DNA of 64,000 nucleotides, taken from positions 137 to 64,136 of the forward strand of contig JACQMR010000015.1 in the NCBI GenBank assembly GCA_016203455.1, in the 5' to 3' direction. Positions 16,673 to 24,591 of the stretch are shown here, one piece after another. Both the position numbers and the translations under genes were made by a program. The notes under the pieces are model-generated. The model ran no database searches. It was not told the DNA's origin and was given only the letters and a program-made list of their open reading frames with translations. This DNA comes from Candidatus Wildermuthbacteria bacterium. GTDB lineage: Bacteria > Patescibacteriota > Minisyncoccia > Minisyncoccales > UBA10102. Each line of letters starts with the position of its first letter. Position 1 is the first letter of the stretch.

Positions 16673-18130
16673 ATGAACATTCATTTTATCGGCATAGGAG
16701 GAATAGGAATATCCGCGCTCGCCAAATACTATCTCGCCAAAGGATGGAAGGTTTCGGGGTGCGATCTTTCATCGTCTGAAATAACGGATCAGCTAAAAAC
16801 CCTGGGCGCGTCCATACGCATTGGACAGCCCGACCCCTCATGCGTCTCGCCCGACACTAATATGGTCGTTCACACGCCCGCAGTCCCTCCAATGCATCCT
16901 GAGATATTACAAGCTAAAAACTATAAACTGCAACCGAAAACCTATCCTCAAGCGCTTGGAGAACTCACCAAGGAGCACTTCACCATTACAGTGTCTGGAT
17001 GCCACGGCAAAAGCACCACAACCGCCATGGTAGGCCTCCTGCTGATGAAAGCGGGGCTCAACCCGACCATTATCGTTGGCACAAAAATAAAAGAACTCGG
17101 CAACAGCAACTTTCGCATGGGCGGAGAGCCAACCACAAATAACCAACAACGAATAACGAATAACAAAGTGCTGATTACAAGCTACCCTTCGACACTGCTC
17201 AGGGTAAACCAACGACAAACTACAAACTATCTGGTCATTGAAGCGGACGAACACTTTTCCTCATTTTTAAATTACTCCCCGCGCATTGCCATAGTCACCA
17301 ATGTTGAAAGAGACCACTTGGATTTTTATAAAAACCTCGCGAACATTAAAAAGGCGTTCAAAACATATATCGCAAAGATCCCAAAAGAGGGGACTCTGGT
17401 GATAAACAAAGACGATAAAGAAGCAAAAACAATCGTGCCAAAACGCGCGCCATACGGCGTTGTTTGGTATTCAACCAAATCGGCAGACGCAAAAAAGCTT
17501 GGGCCAAATATGCGCCTCCCGGGAATCCACAACTTGTCTAACGCCATGGCCGCCCTGCAAGCGGCGCGACTGCTCAACATACCGGACAACATAAGTTTTG
17601 CCGCCCTTTCTTCATACAAAGGATCGTGGAGAAGGTTTGAGATATTTAAACTAAAAACCGCAAACAATGCGCCATACACCCTTGTTTCTGATTACGGGCA
17701 TCATCCCACGGAAATCCGCGCAACCTTGCAGGCGGCCAGGCAAAAATGGCCTCTCAACCCTGCCCGGGGCAAATCCAAAAACATCTGGCTGATTTTCCAG
17801 CCCCATCAGCACCAGCGCACATTTTTCTTATGGAAAGATTTTATAAAAACCCTTTCGTCTCTGCCCATACAAAAACTGGTGCTGTTGGACATTTTTGATG
17901 TAGCCGGAAGAGAAGAAACCGATATTAACAAAAAGGTGTCTTCCGCGAAATTACTCAAAGCGATTCAAAAGAAAAACCCCACATACGAAACACTGCGTAT
18001 TCCAACAACGCAGGAAGCAGAAATATATCTCAAAGAAAATATAAAGGGGGGCGAAATTGTATTGGTCATGGGCGCGGGAAACATTTACAACCTTGCCCTG
18101 CGGTTGACTCAAAATAAACCCTCCGATTAA
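16673..18130 (+). CDS. murC: UDP-N-acetylmuramate--L-alanine ligase, with a low-complexity in-frame insertion
   Basis: MNIHFIGIGGIGISALA, VSGCHGKSTTTAM, EADEH, DYGHHPTEI; start moved to 16673. Confidence 0.9.
   Translation: MNIHFIGIGGIGISALAKYYLAKGWKVSGCDLSSSEITDQLKTLGASIRIGQPDPSCVSPDTNMVVHTPAVPPMHPEILQAKNYKLQPKTYPQALGELTKEHFTITVSGCHGKSTTTAMVGLLLMKAGLNPTIIVGTKIKELGNSNFRMGGEPTTNNQQRITNNKVLITSYPSTLLRVNQRQTTNYLVIEADEHFSSFLNYSPRIAIVTNVERDHLDFYKNLANIKKAFKTYIAKIPKEGTLVINKDDKEAKTIVPKRAPYGVVWYSTKSADAKKLGPNMRLPGIHNLSNAMAALQAARLLNIPDNISFAALSSYKGSWRRFEIFKLKTANNAPYTLVSDYGHHPTEIRATLQAARQKWPLNPARGKSKNIWLIFQPHQHQRTFFLWKDFIKTLSSLPIQKLVLLDIFDVAGREETDINKKVSSAKLLKAIQKKNPTYETLRIPTTQEAEIYLKENIKGGEIVLVMGAGNIYNLALRLTQNKPSD
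17137..17168 (+). repeat. heptamer low-complexity repeat (AATAACN) inside murC coding sequence
   Basis: AAATAACCAACAACGAATAACGAATAACAAAG; same repeat type as 60058-60160 (opposite strand). Confidence 0.6.
18059..18114 (+). repeat. 56-bp direct repeat, copy 1 (murC 3' end)
   Basis: identical base for base to 18747-18802. Confidence 0.95.
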
Positions 18131-18145
18131 CATGCCGCATTTCAC

Positions 18146-18172
18146 ATCTGTGCAAGTCGGACTTGTACAGAT
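18146..18172. repeat. palindromic hairpin element, copy 3
   Basis: ATCTGTGCAAGTC-G-GACTTGTACAGAT; outer pair changed compensatorily relative to copy 2. Confidence 0.7.
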
Positions 18173-18204
18173 ACATGCTCGAACAAAGATAATATACAAG
18201 CATT

Positions 18205-18747
18205 ATGAAGAGAAACATCCAGACAAAATTACTACAAGTCAAGCCATTTCAAGAAACCCTCCGCGGCGGTTATTGCGGACCTGCAAGCTTAAAGATTGTG
18301 CTGGACTACTATGGGATGCGGAAAAGCGAAAAAGAAATCGCAAATCGTTGCGGACGAAATTCTAAACTTGGCACGGATGATATTTCGATCAAACGAGTCG
18401 CTGAATCTTACGGCCTAAAAGCAGAAATCAAGAACGAAGCAACCTTTGCCGACATTGAAAAATGGCTTACCAGAGGAATACCCGTTATCGTCAACTGGTT
18501 TACTCGCGGCCGATCCGACTATTCTGATTCAGAGATTGCAGACGGCCATTATTCAATTGTCATGGGATTAGATAAAAGCAACATTTATCTTCAAGATCCA
18601 GAAATTGGCGCCATGCGCGCGATCAAAAGAAATGATTTCTTGAGTGTTTGGTTTGATTTCAGAAAAGATTACATTACCTCATGGAAGGATATGATCCTTC
18701 GCCAGATAATCGCCGTATATCCCAAAACACACAAAGGAAAGAGATAG
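18205..18747 (+). CDS. C39-like (papain-fold) cysteine peptidase domain protein
   Basis: GYCGPASLKIVLDYYG (Cys), DGHYSIVMGLD (His), YLQDP (Asp). Confidence 0.7.
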   Translation: MKRNIQTKLLQVKPFQETLRGGYCGPASLKIVLDYYGMRKSEKEIANRCGRNSKLGTDDISIKRVAESYGLKAEIKNEATFADIEKWLTRGIPVIVNWFTRGRSDYSDSEIADGHYSIVMGLDKSNIYLQDPEIGAMRAIKRNDFLSVWFDFRKDYITSWKDMILRQIIAVYPKTHKGKR

Positions 18748-18802
18748 TATTGGTCATGGGCGCGGGAAACATTTACAACCTTGCCCTGCGGTTGACTCAA
18801 AA
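18747..18802 (+). repeat. 56-bp direct repeat, copy 2 (displaced murC 3' end fragment)
   Basis: identical to 18059-18114; the reading frame continues into a remnant resembling the tail of the 21624 ORF. Confidence 0.95.
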
Positions 18803-18976
18803 ACCGCAACCCTTTTCTCGCTTGCCGCAAAATTCTCCTCCCAGCGCGACATAAAAAGAAATCCCAATACGGTAGCGCCGCTTGCATCCCGCACCTCCGG
18901 AAGACCGGGGTTTTTGTGTATGGCATAAAGCTACTCTATCGCAAAGTGGCGCAAGGATATTGAGCCAATAAAAAAC

Positions 18977-19005
18977 TTGACATAAATAATAATCCATGCT
19001 AATAT
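18977..19005 (+). promoter_or_regulatory. sigma-70-like promoter TTGACA-17-TAATAT
   Basis: TTGACA 18977-18982, 17-nt spacer, TAATAT 19000-19005. Confidence 0.5.
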
Positions 19006-19043
19006 ATTTGTGCAATGTAGAGCAGTTCTTTGATACGGATTTC

Positions 19044-19133
19044 ATAGCGGCAAAGTGAACATTAGCCCAGATAGACTCAAGATTGTTGAATGATTGGAGC
19101 GAATAACAGAGTTAGTGTTCGCCTTGCCGCTAT
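19044..19133 (+). promoter_or_regulatory. long imperfect stem-loop in the leader of the 19406 ORF
   Basis: 19044-19065 pairs with 19112-19133 over 22 positions (1 mismatch, 3 G.U on the + strand). Confidence 0.4.
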
Positions 19134-19155
19134 AAAGTATTCCAGGTAGACCAAG

Positions 19156-19246
19156 GGGAAGCGTGCGTGTTTCACTGACGCGCACGCTTCCCTCCACAAT
19201 TCAGCTCTTCAGGAATGAAGGGCTGAACAGTGGAAAGTCCTTTCAA
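19156..19246 (+). repeat. 91-bp double-hairpin direct repeat, copy 1
   Basis: Hairpin A has a 14-bp stem 19156-19169/19179-19192 and loop TTTCACTGA. Hairpin B is 19194-19233 with a GGAA loop. 80 of 91 positions match copy 2 in my ungapped hand alignment. Confidence 0.85.
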
Positions 19247-19405
19247 ATATTCTTTCCTTCGGATGCAGAGTTCATACATTTATTTGTGGATTTTGTACCC
19301 GGAGGAAAGCTAATCTGTACGGGTCTGTGCGGTAAAATTTTAATGCCGCATAGCTGGCCTACAAGGCCACCAGCGAAAACTGGAACAGAACCTAGGAGGT
19401 TCAAA

Positions 19406-19978
19406 ATGGCCAATCAGTTTAAAGTTAATTTTCCGTTTCATATTCGTATGGGAGCAAATGTGGCGTACGCCGTCGCCGAGGAGGTCGCAGGCTCCCGCCC
19501 CGATCTCTTGTCTATTGGTGGGGAAATCCCCACCTTCAGGTTCCAAGGGGGGGTGGTGGTCAAGGTATACATGGTTAACCTTGACCAGTTCACGGAGTCC
19601 TGGCGGACTCCTCACAGTAAGGATTTCGTAGTAACGCACTGCGAAGTGCGTTACTATCCCCGCTGGGTAGCGGGGTACCCCGATGGGAACAAAGTCTCGG
19701 AGGTCTGGGGAGCCGAAAAGCTCCTCGATCTGAAGACTCGGCGGCAGTGGCATGATCCTCGGGTGGTCCATATCGCATCGATTAAGGGGAGCGTCGGCGT
19801 GTTTATCAACGCTGCCGCCGACACTGGATACATCTCGGTTGACCCCGAGAAGAACCAGGATGGTTATTCCATCCTGTATGACAAAGTAGAATACGCTCGG
19901 TTCGTCGAGGGTGACCTCGACAGGGCTAAGGAAGAGGCCCAAAAGCTACTTGACGGTCATTTGACCGTCAACGGTTAG
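19406..19978 (+). CDS. orphan hypothetical protein (190 aa), GC-rich relative to flanks
   Basis: AGGAGG RBS 7 nt before ATG 19406; no recognisable domain; the ORF-track start at 19163 runs through the non-coding hairpin repeat. Confidence 0.6.
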   Translation: MANQFKVNFPFHIRMGANVAYAVAEEVAGSRPDLLSIGGEIPTFRFQGGVVVKVYMVNLDQFTESWRTPHSKDFVVTHCEVRYYPRWVAGYPDGNKVSEVWGAEKLLDLKTRRQWHDPRVVHIASIKGSVGVFINAAADTGYISVDPEKNQDGYSILYDKVEYARFVEGDLDRAKEEAQKLLDGHLTVNG

Positions 19979-20056
19979 TTCGCTCAAAAAGAGCAACTAA
20001 TATCCAAAAAAGGAAAAAGGAATCGGTTCTATCCCGACCTTTCTCCTCCTATCAAT

Positions 20057-20147
20057 GGGAAGCGCGCGTGTTTCACTGACACGCCCGCTTCCCTCCACAA
20101 TTTAGTTCTTCAACAATGGAGGGCTGAACAGTGGAGAGTTCTTTGAA
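20057..20147 (+). repeat. 91-bp double-hairpin direct repeat, copy 2
   Basis: offset 901 bp from copy 1; same two hairpins (20057-20093, 20095-20134). Confidence 0.85.
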
Positions 20148-20194
20148 GCAGATTACTAGCGGCAAAGTGATCCTCCTCATTGTTTTCGCGGGCA

Positions 20195-20220
20195 GTTGCG
20201 CAAGTCGGATTTGCGCTAAC
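20195..20220. repeat. palindromic hairpin element, copy 4 (diverged)
   Basis: GTTGCGCAAGTC-G-GATTTGCGC(T)AAC; the T-A pair of other copies is replaced by C-G. Confidence 0.6.
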
Positions 20221-20228
20221 ACATGCTT

Positions 20229-21521
20229 TTATTTGCCTTTTCTAGAGGCAAGATACGCGCCGTTTAGTATGACGCCCTCTATAGATCGGATATGTGAAAT
20301 ATTTTTTAGCGGGTTCTTGCCAAGAAGCGCGAGATTCGCGATTTTCCCTTCTTGAATCGTTCCTAAATCAGAAAGCGCGTCAAGAAATAACGCCGCGTTA
20401 TATGTTGCCGCCTCCAATGCTTGATGCGGCTGCAATCCGGAATCAACAAGAAGTTCTAACTCCTCAAAGAGCGAAACGCCGGGAATGACAAACGGATTTG
20501 GAGTGTCAGACCCCGCGAGAATAATGCTGTGTTTCCAGAGAAACGGAAGAATGCGGCGAACGCGTTCGCTCACAACGCCTGAATTTTTAAAATAGAGAGG
20601 CGGCAGACCCTTAATATACGCTAAACTTTGAGAATGATTCGGGCTCCACTCAACATTTCTGTAATGGTCAGGGAGAAGAGCCGCTTCCTTGCTGTGCCGG
20701 AGTTTGGAATAATCGGCGAGCTGGGACAGTTTTTTATCCACGACAAGAGTGGGGCATAAAAACACCCGTCTTTTCTTGAGCGACAAACCCAATTCCTTTA
20801 CCTTGGCTCTGTCTATTTTCACATCAATAAATCTCCTATATTCAGGATAATTTTTCAAACGAGCGTCTACGGCAATAAGACGGCCCATGATGTGCGCGCT
20901 CACATCGGACATATGCTCAAACCCGTCCTGGCCCATTTCCACGGCTTTTTTAATGCCTACGGATTCCGGAATATGCCCTGTTACCTTGAGACCTTGCGCA
21001 TGAGCTTCTCTAAGAATAGCCGCGTGCACTTCCGGTTTAAGCGTATGATACACCTTAATAAAATCCGCCCCTTGACGCTTTAACTCCTTTACGGCAGATA
21101 CGCCTTCTTTTTTATTCTTTACCACGCGAAACCCCTTCCACAACGGGGGGTCGCCTTCCAAAATCGGGCCCGCGATAAACACGCGGGGACCAAGAATTTT
21201 CCCCGCGTTTATTTGATTTCTCCACAAAAATATCTCTTTTTTGGAATTTCCCATTTCTCTAATGGCGGTAACGCCGCATTGAAGAAAAAGAGAAAGAAAA
21301 TCTTTTGACTCCAGATGCGCGTGCATGTCAAAAAGACCGGGAATAAGAAACTTTCCCGTTCCGTTAATAACGCGGCCCGCGAATTTTTCATTCTTTTGAT
21401 CTCTTGAAGGAAAAATCTTTGTTACGCGCGCTCCCTCAATCAAAACATCATACCCGCGCAATACGCGGGGACCCGGCATCGGGATGATATTCACATGCTT
21501 AATAAGAATAGATGATGTCAT
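20229..21521 (-). CDS. amidohydrolase family metallo-hydrolase
   Basis: GLFDMHAHL (HxH), later His/Asp ligands (TGHIPE, GFEHM, AGSDTP) typical of the amidohydrolase superfamily. Confidence 0.85.
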   Translation of the reverse strand: MTSSILIKHVNIIPMPGPRVLRGYDVLIEGARVTKIFPSRDQKNEKFAGRVINGTGKFLIPGLFDMHAHLESKDFLSLFLQCGVTAIREMGNSKKEIFLWRNQINAGKILGPRVFIAGPILEGDPPLWKGFRVVKNKKEGVSAVKELKRQGADFIKVYHTLKPEVHAAILREAHAQGLKVTGHIPESVGIKKAVEMGQDGFEHMSDVSAHIMGRLIAVDARLKNYPEYRRFIDVKIDRAKVKELGLSLKKRRVFLCPTLVVDKKLSQLADYSKLRHSKEAALLPDHYRNVEWSPNHSQSLAYIKGLPPLYFKNSGVVSERVRRILPFLWKHSIILAGSDTPNPFVIPGVSLFEELELLVDSGLQPHQALEAATYNAALFLDALSDLGTIQEGKIANLALLGKNPLKNISHIRSIEGVILNGAYLASRKGK

Positions 21522-21623
21522 ACTGCATAGCGTAGCTTACCCCGCATTTCAATGTAAATCCATTGACACAAAAACCGCAAAGGGAGAAGATAGAAACATA
21601 ACAAACCATTAAGCGCAAAAACC

Positions 21624-21884
21624 GTGACCCTTTTCATTATTATCCTCATCATCATTGGAGTTGCCGCGGCAACATGGTATCTGGCAAAAGGCAGAAAACA
21701 TGAAAATCTGCCCGTGGCGTATACATCTCACCTGCCGCAACATAGTCAAAGCAGGCCCGCTACGCCCGAAGAAAGACCGGTTCCTCCTTTGGCGCAAGAA
21801 TCGCAAAGCGCGACTCCGCCGCCCCCTCCGTTCAGGCCAAATCCTCCCCAGCCGCCGCAAAATCCTCCTTCCAGCGCTATATAA
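21624..21884 (+). CDS. small membrane-anchored proline-rich protein (86 aa, GTG start)
   Basis: N-terminal TM helix LFIIILIIIGVAAATWYL followed by a P/Q-rich tail; its 3' end is duplicated at 18824-18872. Confidence 0.4.
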   Translation: MTLFIIILIIIGVAAATWYLAKGRKHENLPVAYTSHLPQHSQSRPATPEERPVPPLAQESQSATPPPPPFRPNPPQPPQNPPSSAI

Positions 21885-21993
21885 AAATAAATCCGACAAA
21901 ATACGACCTTATCCAAAGAGGCAATCTTATATTTGAAAAAAGAAAGATTGACAAAAAACTCCAAACAAGAGAGAACAGGGATATATTCCCCGT

Positions 21994-23550
21994 ATGAAAT
22001 CCTCACTCACGCTTGACGGCAACAATCTCACCATTGAGACCATAGATACATTCTCCCGCAACACGGAAATATCAGTGGATATTGCTCCGTCCGCACTCCT
22101 TAAGGTTCAAAACTCAAGAGAATTCCTGGAAAAAGAAGTGCAAAGAAGCATCGTGTACGGAGCCAACACCGGCTTTGGCCCCATGGCTTCCAATATCATC
22201 AACCACACCCAGCTTACGCTCCTGCAAGCAAACCTCATTCGTAGCCATGCCGTGGGAATAGGCGATCCATTGCCCGAAACATATGTCCTTGCGGCAATGC
22301 TTGTGCGGCTTAATACGCTCCTAAAAGGATACTCCGGAGTATCTCCGGAACTTATCCGCCACCTCCAAACTTTTATCAACAAACGAATCTTGCCCATCAT
22401 ACCGGAACATGGAGCGGTCGGAACGAGCGGGGATCTTGTCCAGCTTGCACATATCGCGCTTGCACTCACAGGAGAAGGAGAGGTCATGTATAGAAAGAAA
22501 AGGCGTAAGAGCGTTGCGGTATTAAAAGAATGCGGCATCTCTCCCTATGCCCTCAAACCCAAAGAGGGACTCTCACTCATCAATGGGACATCCGCAATGA
22601 CCGGCATTGGAGCTCTTTTGTGCGCCCGCGCCGAACACATTCTCTCTTTCGCGATACGCTTTGGAGCGTTATCACTTGAGCTTGTTCACGCCTTTGACGA
22701 TAGCATATCGGAACATCTTCATAACACGCGCCCTCACAAGGGGCAGATTGAAGTAGCGCGCCGCTTGCGCTCCCTCCTGGAATCTTCCCGGATGCTTAAA
22801 AAAAGGGACGAACTGCGCCAACCCTCTGAAAACGGAGCGGATGTGGTGCATATCTCTGAAACCGTGCAAGAATTCTACTCCCTACGATGCATCCCCCAAG
22901 TACTCGGCCCTGTACTAGACACGCTTGCCAACACAAAAAATATCCTAGAAACGGAGATGAATTCGGCGAGCGATAATCCCATCGTAGATACCGAACACAA
23001 GCTGATTCTCCACGGGGGAAACTTCCACGGGGATTATGTCGCTTCGGCCGTGGATCAACTAAAAATTGCTCTTGTGAAACTGGGTATGTTGTCAGAGCGA
23101 AGAACCAATTTTTTTCTAAATCATGAAATCAATAAGTTTTTCCCTCCGTTCATGAACCTGCGAACCCCAGGGCTCACGCTCGGACTCCAAGGACTGCAAT
23201 TCGTAGCAACTTCTACCGCGGCGCAAAACCAAACTCTCGCGTTCCCTCATTACATACATTCCATCCCCACAAACGGAGATAATCAAGATATCGTAAGCAT
23301 GGGTACGGACGCGGCTTTGTTCGCCACAAAAGTAGCAAACAATGTGAACATCATCCTTGCCGTGGAATTAATCACGCTGGCTCAAGCCGTACACTTTAGC
23401 AACAACCCGTCCGAACTCTCTGATTCTTCCCAAAAACTTATTCAACAGATAACCGAAATCTTTCCACCAATTATAGAAGACAGAACACTCGTGGATCAAC
23501 TACCCAAAGTTGTCGCTTTCATTCAAGATGAAAAGAAAGGCAATGTATAG
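21994..23550 (+). CDS. aromatic amino acid ammonia-lyase/aminomutase family (HAL/PAL/TAL, MIO-dependent)
   Basis: GAVGTSGDLVQLAH (MIO triad is Thr-Ser-Gly here), YGANTGFG, SLINGT, NFHGDY, QDIVSMG. Confidence 0.85.
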   Translation: MKSSLTLDGNNLTIETIDTFSRNTEISVDIAPSALLKVQNSREFLEKEVQRSIVYGANTGFGPMASNIINHTQLTLLQANLIRSHAVGIGDPLPETYVLAAMLVRLNTLLKGYSGVSPELIRHLQTFINKRILPIIPEHGAVGTSGDLVQLAHIALALTGEGEVMYRKKRRKSVAVLKECGISPYALKPKEGLSLINGTSAMTGIGALLCARAEHILSFAIRFGALSLELVHAFDDSISEHLHNTRPHKGQIEVARRLRSLLESSRMLKKRDELRQPSENGADVVHISETVQEFYSLRCIPQVLGPVLDTLANTKNILETEMNSASDNPIVDTEHKLILHGGNFHGDYVASAVDQLKIALVKLGMLSERRTNFFLNHEINKFFPPFMNLRTPGLTLGLQGLQFVATSTAAQNQTLAFPHYIHSIPTNGDNQDIVSMGTDAALFATKVANNVNIILAVELITLAQAVHFSNNPSELSDSSQKLIQQITEIFPPIIEDRTLVDQLPKVVAFIQDEKKGNV

Positions 23551-23562
23551 TATGTTGTACTT

Positions 23563-24591
23563 ATGCTTACCGGTCCTCAATTTTTTCAAAAAGAAGAAAA
23601 TATCCCTCGTGGAGCGCGCATTATAGACAAATTCGCGGATGCCACTCAAGAACTCTTTATTATTGAACGCTCCGAGCTCAAGCACTCTTTTTCAAGGGAA
23701 ACCCCCGCGTTCCAAAATTTCTTACACGAACGAGAACAGCAAGCACTATGGGTCTACTATCCATGGAACAACACGGCGATTCGCATATATCCGGAACAAG
23801 AGTACTGTAAAATACGCACCGCGCGAAACAGAAACATCATCACGAAAGAAGAGCAGGAACGATATAGAAATACCAGCGTTGGCATAGCCGGGCTTTCCGT
23901 TGGCTCCGCTGTTCTTTCCGCCTTAACCATGACCGGAGGCCCCAGGTGTCTCAAGATAGCCGATTTTGACACCCTAGAACTTTCTAATCTCAATCGCATC
24001 AAAGCGACGCTTCTTGACCTCGGCGCGAAAAAAACCGATATTGCGGCAAAAAATACATGGGAAATTTATCCCTTCGCAAATATTTCCTTGTTTGAAACGG
24101 GGTTGAACGAACAAAATCTAGAGGAGTTCCTCCGGGGAAATCCCAAACTGGATGTTTTTATTGATGAAATGGATAATATCTCAATGAAGATACGAGTCCG
24201 ACGATCCTGCAGAACACATCGCATTCCCGTTATTATGGTAACCGACAACGGCAATGGAGTTATTTTAGACATTGAGCGATTTGACGCAGAACCCGAACGA
24301 CCGCTACTCCACGGCATCATGGAAGACATGGACCCTGAAACCATAGAACATCTGGACTTCCAGAATTGGACCAAGGTCGCCAATAAAATCGTGGGATCAG
24401 AATCCCTAAGCGAACGCATGCTTCAATCTATCCAAGCCATTGGCACCTCCCTCTCTGGCATACCCCAGCTGGGAACCAGTGCGTCTGTAGGAGGAGCAGT
24501 TGCCGCATTCTCCGTACGCGCCATTGCCAACAACCTGCCCATGCCGTCTGGAAGATACCATATTAACTTTGAAACATTGTTTTTAGCATGA
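23563..24591 (+). CDS. ThiF/MoeB/E1-like adenylyltransferase superfamily protein
   Basis: VGIAGLSVGSAV...LKIADFDTLELSNLNRI...DVFIDEMDN, Rossmann-like E1 core; ATGA overlap with next ORF. Confidence 0.7.
   Translation: MLTGPQFFQKEENIPRGARIIDKFADATQELFIIERSELKHSFSRETPAFQNFLHEREQQALWVYYPWNNTAIRIYPEQEYCKIRTARNRNIITKEEQERYRNTSVGIAGLSVGSAVLSALTMTGGPRCLKIADFDTLELSNLNRIKATLLDLGAKKTDIAAKNTWEIYPFANISLFETGLNEQNLEEFLRGNPKLDVFIDEMDNISMKIRVRRSCRTHRIPVIMVTDNGNGVILDIERFDAEPERPLLHGIMEDMDPETIEHLDFQNWTKVANKIVGSESLSERMLQSIQAIGTSLSGIPQLGTSASVGGAVAAFSVRAIANNLPMPSGRYHINFETLFLA

Noticed and set aside
19163-19405. N-terminal extension of the orphan ORF (ORF track start 19163, 271 aa)
   Set aside because: The extension reads through the double-hairpin repeat, whose second copy is clearly non-coding (it lies after the stop codon). 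A strong AGGAGG RBS precedes the internal ATG at 19406.
19156-20147. Integron gene cassette with attC sites
   Set aside because: The repeats form two independent hairpins rather than one R''-L''/L'-R' bulged stem. No RYYYAAC/GTTRRRY core sites are evident, and no intI gene is in the window.
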